Positions 55,869-64,000 of a DNA stretch of 64,000 nucleotides are shown piece after piece. Origin of the DNA: an uncultured Candidatus Saccharibacteria bacterium (GTDB taxonomy: Bacteria > Patescibacteriota > Minisyncoccia > Phycocordibacterales > UBA6065); assembly GCA_964368835.1 (NCBI GenBank), contig CAYJCZ010000002.1, forward strand, positions 19,893-83,892. The letters run 5' to 3'. Within the stretch, counting starts at the first letter, position 1, and each line of letters opens with the position of its first letter. The translations under genes were made by a program, and so were the position numbers. The notes under the pieces were generated by a model, which made no database searches, was not told where the DNA came from, and saw only the letters and a program-made list of their open reading frames with translations.

Positions 55869-56609
55869 ATGAAAACAATACAAAGAGTAGGTTACGTGGC
55901 GGTTGCACTCTCGCTCTTTGCTACAGGAACTGTTGCGCACGCTCAAATAAACTCAAATACTTCACTTTACCTTGATGCAAATGTTGGCGGTGCGGGGACG
56001 ACGAGCACTGGCAACGCAGGGCTACAGGTAACTGCGACAACTACAGGTTTAGGAGGTTCAACTTCTAACACTTCAACAAACACATCACCAACAGCATCAG
56101 GCTCTGGTAGTATGGGTGGAAATCTAGAGGTGTTCACACTTGATCGATCTGATCTATCGGGAGAAGCGGTGGTGGTTCTTAGTCCATCAGAGGTTTCTTC
56201 ATCTGCGAATTTCTCAGCATATGCACAGTCTGTAATGGCGAGTGATGAGAATCTTACAAAGATTGAATCTAGTGGTGATTCTGTATCTATCTGGTACAAG
56301 GAACCTGCAAAGTTTATGGGTATAGTTCCAGTTATGGTTAATACAGAGGCGAAAGTAACTGTTGATGGTAACGTAACTGTTGATCGACCGTGGTGGTACA
56401 GTCTTTTTGTTCGAGATTCAGAAGCAGATAATCTTGAAACAAGCGTATCTACAACAGCTGAGGCAATAGTGCGCTCAGAAGGTGCTGCGATGTCAACGTT
56501 CTCATCTTCTGCACAAGCACGACTCGTAAATGCTCTTCATGCGAGTATGAAGGCACACTATGTTGCGAATGTGGAGGCTGACACAACAACTGAAGCAAGT
56601 ACGTACTAA
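55869..56609 (+). CDS. Secreted Thr/Ser/Gly-rich protein
   Basis: Signal peptide (VAVALSLFATGTVAHA) and a low-complexity T/S/G-rich N-terminal region. Confidence 0.4.
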   Translation: MKTIQRVGYVAVALSLFATGTVAHAQINSNTSLYLDANVGGAGTTSTGNAGLQVTATTTGLGGSTSNTSTNTSPTASGSGSMGGNLEVFTLDRSDLSGEAVVVLSPSEVSSSANFSAYAQSVMASDENLTKIESSGDSVSIWYKEPAKFMGIVPVMVNTEAKVTVDGNVTVDRPWWYSLFVRDSEADNLETSVSTTAEAIVRSEGAAMSTFSSSAQARLVNALHASMKAHYVANVEADTTTEASTY

Positions 56610-56761
56610 GATAAGAAATCTTTGAGTACGATACAAGAAAATGTAAATGTACAGACTACTTTTTGACATGAAGGTCGTATTACTGATAGAAGCTCTTTGT
56701 ACATAACACAATCTCAAAAGATCAAAAAATAGTGCTGCAAGGGAATTTACGCTTTGAGTGT

Positions 56762-56833
56762 GGTGATTCTCTCACCGCAACTTGCCGGACTCGTCCGGAA
56801 AAAGCGACGCCATGCCCCCTCTCTGGGGGCATG
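56762..56833 (+). promoter_or_regulatory. Three consecutive stable hairpins in the 5' region of a small membrane-protein gene (candidate leader/ncRNA)
   Basis: ggtga-ttctc-tcacc; ccggac-tc-gtccgg followed by aaaaagc; and catgccccc-tctct-gggggcatg. Confidence 0.3.
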
Positions 56834-56900
56834 TGCATTGGAGAAGATAGGGGCTTTGTAACAAACTGCTAGCCTTCATATTATTTAATTAACCAAACAC

Positions 56901-57053
56901 ATGCTTTTAACTATTGCCACAGTCCTACTTGTCCTCTGGGTGTTCGGATTGGTAACGTCATACACAGTAGGAGGTTTTATTCATGTCCTTCTTGTGATAG
57001 CAATTATCATGTTCCTCATAAGAGTGATTCAGGGTAGAAATCCAATTGCTTAA
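56901..57053 (+). CDS. Conserved-looking 50-aa two-TM membrane protein (MLLTIATVLLVLWVFGLVTSYTVGGFIHVLLVIAIIMFLIRVIQGRNPIA)
   Basis: Below the ORF-track length cutoff. Hairpin-rich leader upstream and a strong terminator downstream (57054-57100, agctgtatcgaaga-tggt-cttcgatacagct). The architecture resembles a widespread family of tiny membrane proteins. Confidence 0.5.
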   Translation: MLLTIATVLLVLWVFGLVTSYTVGGFIHVLLVIAIIMFLIRVIQGRNPIA

Positions 57054-57104
57054 AACAAAAGCTGTATCGAAGATGGTCTTCGATACAGCTTTTGTTTTGG
57101 AAAA

Positions 57105-57956
57105 CTAGGAGACGATTGAATCGATGAATGTCTGAAGTGACATGCCGGCACCAGCTGCGTTTTTATGACCGTTTCCTTGAAGCTCCTGCGCGAGTTCGAG
57201 CGCCTGAGGTTTTTGACCGTCGATGCTCCTGAAACTTATTTTTACTTTGTTTCCGTCTATAGAGAATAGTGCAACAGCTTCTTTTCTTAACTGGGACAAT
57301 TTATTACCGCTCTCTGATTTAAGAACAGTAATATTGTAGAAGGGGACTCGATACTGACCGATTTTAAGATATATAGGCTCTGTTTTTTCAACAGCGTGAT
57401 CAATAAGATTGTTCGCGTAGTTGGTTATGATTCCACCATCCCGGATGATAGGTTCTATAGGTGCGGTAAAAAGCTTAAGAATTTCTTGTGGCTTATTTGC
57501 TAGTGGAAAGATAAGACTTCCTACGTTCCGTGTATCGTTTCCATACTTCCATGTCCAGATATCTGCGTCTTCAATGTACTTTAATATGTCGGGCATTTTC
57601 TCGTTTGGAAAAAAGTATGACCAAGAAAGCGTTGCGCCGGATTTAGTATTATCGAATATGAAAGTAAACTTGCTGTACTCTTTTGCAAGAGCATCCATTT
57701 GATCTTTAATCCCTATGTGGTGATCAATCGATGTTACTGCAAATCCAGCCTTAAGAAACTCAGATGCGCCAATCACGCAGTCTACGGTAAATATTTGATC
57801 ACCTGGCTTTGCCTGCGATAGTACAGGTTCAAGTTCGTGCGCTTCAAAACCGTGACCCAAAGGATACAGTAATGCTTCGGGATATTTTTTTAATACAACT
57901 GCTGCCGCTCCTGTTCCGTCTGTACAGTCCTTGTGATAAATAGCGATTGTTTTCAT
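57105..57956 (-). CDS. DHH-family phosphoesterase (NrnA-like)
   Basis: N-terminal DHH motifs (IYHKDCTDGTGAA ... TVDCVIG ... SIDHHIG) and a C-terminal DHHA1-like GGGH region (GNGHKNAAG). Confidence 0.75.
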   Translation of the reverse strand: MKTIAIYHKDCTDGTGAAAVVLKKYPEALLYPLGHGFEAHELEPVLSQAKPGDQIFTVDCVIGASEFLKAGFAVTSIDHHIGIKDQMDALAKEYSKFTFIFDNTKSGATLSWSYFFPNEKMPDILKYIEDADIWTWKYGNDTRNVGSLIFPLANKPQEILKLFTAPIEPIIRDGGIITNYANNLIDHAVEKTEPIYLKIGQYRVPFYNITVLKSESGNKLSQLRKEAVALFSIDGNKVKISFRSIDGQKPQALELAQELQGNGHKNAAGAGMSLQTFIDSIVS

Positions 57957-58558
57957 ATGTTTGTTTGGAGAGCTTCTTTTTTATTCCGCATGTGATTTCG
58001 AATAATGAGCGCAAACGTAATTCCGTTCATTATAAAATATGTGATAGGCAGGGCACTGATTTCTATTCTCCAGCTTTCTAGTGCAAACATGTTAAGGAGC
58101 GCACCAATAAAGTAGAGAGTCCACCCAGGCAAATCCTGTTCTTCTTTTGTAACATGTGCCGCTAGTTTCTTTATACGATTGGTATATCCAGCAAGCGAAA
58201 CTGAGAGATTGATAAGAAGGGTAAAGAGAACGTTATTGAAAAATACCCATCGGATTGCACTCACCGCAGCAACCAGGAGGCTAACACGCTCAAGAAATCC
58301 CCAACCTTCGCTTCCTCTTGTAAATGAAAGAAGTGTAATTCCTGCTGTTCCGATAACATACGCAAGAGGAACCCAAATGGTGGCAACGGCACCAAGCTGG
58401 AAATAGCTTAAAACAATGAGGCTGCTTGAGAGAGTCCATATAAGCCATGCTGCTCTTTGGGGTTTTTGTTCGCCACGAAGTATTTCTAAGGCAAACGGAA
58501 TATAACCACCCAGCGAGCAGAGACCCGCTATAATTCCTATGTATAATTTCAGTTCCAT
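57953..58558 (-). CDS. Hypothetical polytopic membrane protein (about 6 TM)
   Basis: Hydrophobicity pattern only. Overlaps the DHH gene by 4 nt. Confidence 0.4.
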   Translation of the reverse strand: MELKLYIGIIAGLCSLGGYIPFALEILRGEQKPQRAAWLIWTLSSSLIVLSYFQLGAVATIWVPLAYVIGTAGITLLSFTRGSEGWGFLERVSLLVAAVSAIRWVFFNNVLFTLLINLSVSLAGYTNRIKKLAAHVTKEEQDLPGWTLYFIGALLNMFALESWRIEISALPITYFIMNGITFALIIRNHMRNKKEALQTNI

Positions 58559-58626
58559 TCTTTGGAATAGTAACTATAGCAAAAATGATGGTATGACACA
58601 AAATCGCTGTTTAAATCGTCATATCT

Positions 58627-58908
58627 ATGGAGGGCTATAATTATGGAAGTAATAATCAAAACCTTATGAATAAATATCTACTGATTGGCGGGGTTGTCGT
58701 TATGGTAGCCTTTACGGTGCCTTTTTCCGCATCTGCATACCGAGGAGTAGTTAATGAATCAAACAATGGTTCATACAACCGACCTGTGTATTACACAAGT
58801 TATACTCGCGGCTACCAGCCTTCAAGATCGATTGTAAATAACGGGACTCCGACATATGCAACCAAGACACATTATTATCCGGTGACATCGAGAAAAGTAA
58901 TTAACTAA
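58627..58908 (+). CDS. Small secreted protein (93 aa)
   Basis: Signal peptide/TM, Tyr/Thr-rich. Followed by the terminator aggcgcccc-ggta-ggggcgcct (58916-58945). Confidence 0.35.
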   Translation: MEGYNYGSNNQNLMNKYLLIGGVVVMVAFTVPFSASAYRGVVNESNNGSYNRPVYYTSYTRGYQPSRSIVNNGTPTYATKTHYYPVTSRKVIN

Positions 58909-58944
58909 ATAATGCAAAAGGCGCCCCGGTAGGGGCGCCTTTTC

Positions 58945-59838
58945 TTAATCATCATCTTGTTTGTCTTCGTCCTTCTCGTCTTTTTTGTCCTTTCTTGAAT
59001 CGTCAGTACTTGTAGAGTTTAAGAACTGAGAGTTTTTCTTATTTTGAGATCTTATAAGTGTTTTCTCATCGAGCTTGATTTCGAGTCTGCGAATTCGGTC
59101 GCTTTGATTTTTTGTATCCTCAGAGCGAATTTTCTCAAGAATAGATCTGTGACTATCAATTTTCCTTTCGAATTCATCCTTATCGTCTTCGAAAATCATG
59201 TTGGCTGCCTCTGGGCTAACTTGCATAAACATCATGACAGATTCTTGTGCTGGGGCAGCAACTTTTGCTTGAGCGGGCGCCATTCGAGCATTGTCGGCAG
59301 AGCTGTCGCTGCTTTCTATGCTTACTTCAGACGCGGTAAATGCAGCAGGCGCATTATTGCTTGATCCAGAAAAACGTTCATATTTTTCAAAATGACCATC
59401 GATACGTTTTTCAACTTCTCTCAATGAAGCGTCATCGAGCTTGCCCTCATTTGCGAGTGCCTCTGCCTCTTCGACGCGTCGAATAAATTTATCTGATTCC
59501 CACTGCGCTTTTTCTTCTGTACTTGTCAAAAGAGCGCCACGCACAGGCTCATTAATATTTACTTTGAAAGGGTAGAGAAGTTCGCCGGGGAGAGCATTCT
59601 CAGCAGCATACGATGTACCGGTAACGATTATAAGTAGAGTTACGGCTCGGAACGCGTATGCACTATGTGTTTGAAAGAATGACCATGACCAAAATTCCAC
59701 AGATTTTTTCTGAAGCTTTGCCGGCGCATGGAAGTCTGCGTACGTGGTGAGATTTGAGAGCATCTTTTCCTTTTCACTTTGTGAGAGCGAGATGTTCTTG
59801 AGATTCTCTATTCCTTTTTTAAATTGTGAGTCGTTCAT
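58945..59838 (-). CDS. Putative anti-sigma factor (membrane protein with highly charged C-terminal tail)
   Basis: Overlaps the upstream ECF sigma gene by 4 nt (ATGA). One TM near residue 60. The C-terminus is D/E/K-rich. Confidence 0.4.
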   Translation of the reverse strand: MNDSQFKKGIENLKNISLSQSEKEKMLSNLTTYADFHAPAKLQKKSVEFWSWSFFQTHSAYAFRAVTLLIIVTGTSYAAENALPGELLYPFKVNINEPVRGALLTSTEEKAQWESDKFIRRVEEAEALANEGKLDDASLREVEKRIDGHFEKYERFSGSSNNAPAAFTASEVSIESSDSSADNARMAPAQAKVAAPAQESVMMFMQVSPEAANMIFEDDKDEFERKIDSHRSILEKIRSEDTKNQSDRIRRLEIKLDEKTLIRSQNKKNSQFLNSTSTDDSRKDKKDEKDEDKQDDD

Positions 59839-60371
59839 ACGTTTTGTGGATCTATAAGCTTGCGGAGTTCCTTTAAGCCGCGATCGATCCGAACCGAGGC
59901 CAAATTTGGTGTTATTGAAAGTATTTCCGCGATGTCTTTTGGTGAAAGTCCCTCGACAAAGCGCAAATAAACCGGCTGTCTGTATACGGGATCAAGTACA
60001 TGCATCTTTTCAACAATCATTCGTGCCTCTGTACCGATCTCGATTGAACCGAGTGCACCTTCATCGGGTATATCAAACGGATCATCTGATCCATTTGCGG
60101 TATCGAGAGATTCAGTTTTCTTTTTTCGATACTGATCAATTACGAGCCTTCGAGCGATGGTGTAGAGAAGGGCGCGTTCATTATCAATTACATTTCCTTT
60201 GGAAATTTCATCCCAGAAACGCATAAAAGTATCTTGCGTGATATCAATCGCAATGTCTCGGTCAGAAGTCTTCCAGAGGCAAAAGCGAAATATTGCGTCA
60301 GAGTGCGCTGTATGGGCTTTGGTGAAGGCATTTTTGAGGGATACTGCATCCATAGATATATGACGTATCAT
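59835..60371 (-). CDS. ECF-type RNA polymerase sigma factor
   Basis: Region 2 (DIAIDITQDTFMRFWDEI...LLYTIARRLVIDQYRKKK) and region 4 (PKDIAEILSITPNLASVRIDRGLKELRKL). TGA stop. Confidence 0.8.
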   Translation of the reverse strand: MIRHISMDAVSLKNAFTKAHTAHSDAIFRFCLWKTSDRDIAIDITQDTFMRFWDEISKGNVIDNERALLYTIARRLVIDQYRKKKTESLDTANGSDDPFDIPDEGALGSIEIGTEARMIVEKMHVLDPVYRQPVYLRFVEGLSPKDIAEILSITPNLASVRIDRGLKELRKLIDPQNV

Positions 60372-60527
60372 ACACTATTTTCTTACTAAAACCGCATCCG
60401 TATTGAGCAATGAAATGGTGGTTTAGTCACGTAAGAATGGGCAACTTCAACCGTCATCATGTAGGGGGACACCCCTCAAATACTATATTTTAAGCCGTAT
60501 TTCAATTAGATAGCAGTAATAATCACT

Positions 60528-61544
60528 ATGAACACTACAACTAAAACCATACGAATCGCCGCAGGCCTTTTGGCGCTTCTTATGATAACTTCACCTTTGA
60601 CTGGCTTTGCTAAGGAAAATGAAAGCAGGGGTAAGGGAAAGGACGATAACAAAAAGGAGCTCAGGGCTTCTGTTCGAATGCACGATGATTCAGACGATTC
60701 TGATGATTCTGACGATTCCGACGATGATTCAGATAGCTCACGTAAATCACGCGGCTCTGACGATTCTGACGATCGATCTGACAAAAAATGCTTCAAAGCA
60801 TTTGGTCATGCGATCTCATCAGGCTGGAACAAGAAAAATGCTACGACAACGATTGGCGTTGATTGCTGGCTTCCGTTTGGTATAGCAAAGAAATTCCACG
60901 GAACAACAACACGACCAACCACTACTTCATCTACAACTACTGTGGACACTGTGGCGCCAGTAATTTCTTCGATAGTATCTAAGCCAGTATTAAGAGGAGC
61001 TGTAATCACTTGGACAACAAACGAGAAATCACAGAGCGCTGTCTACTATGCAACAACGAGCGCGGCTCTTGATGTAAACTCATCTTCAACACCTCGCGTG
61101 ACTGATCGTTCGTTCGATAAGAGTCATTCGCTTAAAATCTCTGGGCTCGCTACATCTACCGTGTATTACTTCAAAGTAGCTGCAAAGGATAAGGCGGGTA
61201 ACATGTCTTACTCAGATACGATGTCATTTACAACAAAGACTCCTGAAGTGAAAGTAACATATCCTGTTATTTCTCAAGTTGCTACACTTGCAGGAACCTC
61301 AACAGTACAGATTGGATGGAAGACCAATGAGCCAGCGACAAGCAAGATCTACTACGCGACTTCGACAATAGACACTGGTGCAACAAGCACCGCGTTTGTC
61401 ATCGACAGTGCGTTTACGACAAATCATGCTTTGACGGTTTCCGGTCTTGCAACAAGTACTCAATATAATTTTGTGATCGAATCAAAGAATGCGCAGGGCA
61501 ATAAAACGCTCTCAAACTCATTCTCTATTACGACAGGGAATTAA
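60528..61544 (+). CDS. Secreted protein with acidic Asp/Ser repeat tract and two FN3-like beta-sandwich repeats
   Basis: Signal peptide (IAAGLLALLMITSPLTGFA). DDSDDSDDSDD tract. Two about 100-aa repeats of the form WTTNE/WKTNEP...YYAT...Y.FKV/FVIESKN. Confidence 0.5.
   Translation: MNTTTKTIRIAAGLLALLMITSPLTGFAKENESRGKGKDDNKKELRASVRMHDDSDDSDDSDDSDDDSDSSRKSRGSDDSDDRSDKKCFKAFGHAISSGWNKKNATTTIGVDCWLPFGIAKKFHGTTTRPTTTSSTTTVDTVAPVISSIVSKPVLRGAVITWTTNEKSQSAVYYATTSAALDVNSSSTPRVTDRSFDKSHSLKISGLATSTVYYFKVAAKDKAGNMSYSDTMSFTTKTPEVKVTYPVISQVATLAGTSTVQIGWKTNEPATSKIYYATSTIDTGATSTAFVIDSAFTTNHALTVSGLATSTQYNFVIESKNAQGNKTLSNSFSITTGN
60670..60780. repeat. Imperfect trinucleotide/hexanucleotide tandem repeat (gat tca/tct gac)n encoding an acidic DDSDDS tract
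   Basis: gattcagacgattctgatgattctgacgattccgacgatgattcagatagc ... gactctgacgattctgacgatcgatctgac, inside CDS 60528..61544. Confidence 0.6.
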
Positions 61545-61564
61545 TAGGGCATTTCTGAAAAGAC

Positions 61565-61606
61565 GGGCAAAAATAAAACCGCCTCGAGGCGGTTTTATTT
61601 TTGCCC
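61565..61606. terminator. Bidirectional rho-independent terminator
   Basis: Nested hairpin gggcaaaaata-aaaccgcctcgaggcggtttt-atttttgccc between convergent genes. Confidence 0.6.
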
Positions 61607-63888
61607 TATCTAACCCTTATTTGAGCGGAATTTGAATACTTGGAATAAGTATTTGATGAACCGTTAAATGCTCGGATTCGATAGTAATAGGTTCCAGAAG
61701 AAAGGGAGCTGTTGGTGTATGTCGTGCTGTTTACGCCTACTTCGCCAATTTTCTGATACACAGGAGTTCCTGAGCGAACTGAAGCAGCTCTCTCAATCAT
61801 AAATCCTGTTTCATTCTTAGACATGTCAGACCACTTGAGGATTACTTGACCTCTCGTTCTCGTGCTTACTGATGCGGTAAGTTTTGAGGGAGCTGCAACA
61901 ATATTAGGATCCGTTGTAACAAGTGAAATGGTCTTCGTTGAGGTGAGACCTCCGTTGTCCGTCACAGTGAGTTTTGCCGCAAAGGTTCCAGCGGTGGTGT
62001 ATGTGTGAGAAGTGGTAACACCGGTTCCTGTAGTACCATCACCGAAACTCCATACGTATGAAGCAATTGATCCATCTGCATCAGATGACGATGAGGCGTC
62101 AAATGTAACATCCATAGGAATGGTGTTTGCTGCGTATGCAGTAGTAAATGATGCTACTGGTGCCTGATTTACTGCAGAAATCTGGATTGTTTTTGAAGCA
62201 GAGAGGTTGTTGTTGTCTGTAACAGTTAAGGTTGCTGTGTATGATCCGCCGTTAGTGTACGTTTTGGCTGGATTTGTATCTGTTGATGATGATCCGTCTC
62301 CAAAATTCCATAGATAGGTAAGTGGACCGCCGTCTGGGTCAGAAGAACCTTCGCTTGAGAATTGCACGGTAAGAGGAACTCCACCAGAAGCAGGGTTTGC
62401 GGAAGCGCTTATAACAGGCGGATTGTTTGTTGTACCAGTAATTGTGCCTGAAACATAATACTGTCCGAGGCTGCCATAATTAGAGTAACCGTCTGTCATA
62501 GGATTTCCTGCACCAACACCACGAACTGAAAGATAATATGTGCCACCAGGAACGCTTGCAGTGAGGCTTGTCGCGAGACCTGGTCCGTTTTGCGTTACAA
62601 GTATTTGACCGTTACCATCATAGAGAGTTGCTTCTGCATCAAGACTTGCTCCTACATACGCAACATCAACATTAATACTTAGATCACCTGCACCGCTGTT
62701 GAACTTGAAGAAGTCGACATCACCGGTGCGCTCAATGATTCCTGCAGTAGAAATAGAATTTCCAGAGACAGTTATATTGGAAGCATTTCCTGTGTTGTTT
62801 CCGTAATCATCGGTTCGATAGGCAAGACCATACGAGAGCATTACTTGGAGGTCGTCTTGTGTGTTGCTTGGATTTGCATAGTCACCCTTTGACCACTGGG
62901 TAATGTTTCGATAGTAGCCGACTCCCATGGTTGGAGCCCAGTCACCTTGTCCATAATAATAGTCAGTAACATTTGTAACTCCATCATGCCAAAGGCCAAG
63001 TGAGTGTCCTGATTCGTGTGAGCCCGCTTCTGCAACGTACTTGTCTACATATGCGAGAGCTTCAGGAAATACGAGGGCGATTTTATAGAATTCTCCAACG
63101 TCATCAAACACACCTACATAAGAAGATCCACCAGCTCCAGGTACGAGTGTTCCACCAGAAGGTGAAAAGAGCACACGGTTTCCATATACGTTGTCTGAGG
63201 TTGATGTTCTCTCAAGTTTGTCTGCGGTTGGCTCTTCTGTGGTTACGTCAACATCAAATGGAATGTAATCTTCTGCAACGCGAAGCCAGACACTTTGAAT
63301 AAACTGACGCTCACTATCACTAAAGCCTGTTGAATTTCCGTCCATATCAAATGGGGGAGCCTCAAATGCAGTTGAGATCCACACTGATTTTCCTGCCTGG
63401 AAGCTATGGCCAGTAAAGTCGAGATAGAGCGTTTTTGTAGAGCCGGGTTTGCTGTGAAGCTTAAACGTGTCTTCTACAGGGACAACACCTCCTCCTGAAA
63501 GAGTGCCTGTATTTATAGACGCAATATTTGCCGCGATTACGATTTCCTCATCGACGTAGTAGATGCGGCCTTTTTTGTTTGATCGGAAACCTTTGTCCTT
63601 TGAGTGCTTTCTGAGATCATTTTCAGATACCTTGTACCAGTTAGCGACTTCGGGGAGCTTGTCGCCAAGCAAAGAAACCACTTCCTCGCCTCTACCTTCT
63701 CTCGAGAAATTCATCTCAGGATAGTCTCTTTTCGAGCCATTGTCTCCTGAACGGCCAACAGCTGCAGTGTTGGTACCGTTAAAGGTTGGTAAATGCAGAC
63801 TGTTTAACGAAACACCTACACCAACAACTATGAGGGCGACCGCCGCCGTCAAACCGAGCAGGAAATATTTATTTTTTGACATGTCCAA
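61606..63888 (-). CDS. Large secreted metzincin-type zinc metalloprotease with PPC and two PKD domains and C-terminal FN3-like domain
   Basis: Signal peptide. HESGHSLGLWHDG (HExxHxxGxxH). PPC-like motif TGDVDFFKF. Two PKD repeats (PLTVQFSSEGSSDPDGGPLTYLWNFGDG... and MDVTFDASSSSDADGSIASYVWSFGDG...). 760 aa. Confidence 0.7.
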   Translation of the reverse strand: MDMSKNKYFLLGLTAAVALIVVGVGVSLNSLHLPTFNGTNTAAVGRSGDNGSKRDYPEMNFSREGRGEEVVSLLGDKLPEVANWYKVSENDLRKHSKDKGFRSNKKGRIYYVDEEIVIAANIASINTGTLSGGGVVPVEDTFKLHSKPGSTKTLYLDFTGHSFQAGKSVWISTAFEAPPFDMDGNSTGFSDSERQFIQSVWLRVAEDYIPFDVDVTTEEPTADKLERTSTSDNVYGNRVLFSPSGGTLVPGAGGSSYVGVFDDVGEFYKIALVFPEALAYVDKYVAEAGSHESGHSLGLWHDGVTNVTDYYYGQGDWAPTMGVGYYRNITQWSKGDYANPSNTQDDLQVMLSYGLAYRTDDYGNNTGNASNITVSGNSISTAGIIERTGDVDFFKFNSGAGDLSINVDVAYVGASLDAEATLYDGNGQILVTQNGPGLATSLTASVPGGTYYLSVRGVGAGNPMTDGYSNYGSLGQYYVSGTITGTTNNPPVISASANPASGGVPLTVQFSSEGSSDPDGGPLTYLWNFGDGSSSTDTNPAKTYTNGGSYTATLTVTDNNNLSASKTIQISAVNQAPVASFTTAYAANTIPMDVTFDASSSSDADGSIASYVWSFGDGTTGTGVTTSHTYTTAGTFAAKLTVTDNGGLTSTKTISLVTTDPNIVAAPSKLTASVSTRTRGQVILKWSDMSKNETGFMIERAASVRSGTPVYQKIGEVGVNSTTYTNSSLSSGTYYYRIRAFNGSSNTYSKYSNSAQIRVR

Positions 63889-64000
63889 ACAAAAATTGCT
63901 AATAGTGCTTGTGTATAAGTATATAACGAAACAATATTAAAGATGTTACGTAAGAGGGGACAACGATGAGCTTGCACTTTTTCGTTTTTAGTATGAAGAT

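Noticed and set aside
60506-60796. Minus-strand SESSESSES ORF
   Set aside because: It is the antisense reading of the DDSDDS-encoding tandem repeat.

Overview
The window is about 64 kb of a compact, gene-dense bacterial genome. GC content is moderate, roughly 40-45% by eye, with two clearly GC-richer patches. Stops are TAA/TAG/TGA, and TGA is used as a stop in the ECF sigma gene ending at 59835, so the standard bacterial code applies.

Gene content recognisable from the sequence:
- A Fur-family regulator (probably Zur) overlapping a ZIP zinc permease.
- A 2923-aa multi-domain gene with glycosyltransferase and GH94 phosphorylase signatures, typical of cyclic beta-1,2-glucan synthases (Cgs/NdvB/ChvB). 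An archaeal-type cupin phosphoglucose isomerase lies convergent to it.
- smpB followed by ssrA (tmRNA), then three tiny hypothetical genes that share duplicated 3' flanks.
- Housekeeping genes: ftsH, recG, ligA, gatC-gatA, endonuclease V, a short release factor 2 with no frameshift site, ftsE-ftsX, a CapA-like metallophosphatase, a DHH phosphoesterase, an HhH-GPD glycosylase, and two ECF sigma / putative anti-sigma pairs.
- A DrrAB-like ABC transporter, a ComF-family protein, and two metzincin-type (HExxHxxGxxH) proteases. One of these is a large secreted PKD/PPC-domain enzyme.
- A contiguous type IV pilus locus of about 12 kb: pilM-N-O, a small gene, pilB, a CheY-like receiver, pilT, pilC, three tandem pilins, pilD and four minor pilins.
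- Seven tRNAs: Ile-UAU, Ser-GCU, initiator Met, Met-CAU, Asp-GUC, Thr-CGU and Thr-GGU.

The large pilus locus, GatCA, the cupin PGI, the short RF2 and the many small secreted or membrane hypotheticals are consistent with a reduced-genome Patescibacteria/CPR-like organism. That placement is inference only.

The most unusual candidate is a two-gene operon immediately downstream of tRNA-Ser. The first gene has an HslV/proteasome-beta-like Ntn-hydrolase domain with a Thr1-Asp17-Lys pattern. The second carries an Rx4H HEPN-like motif. No CRISPR array, integrase or transposase was seen. Product calls rest on motif recognition from reading the translations; no database search was run.
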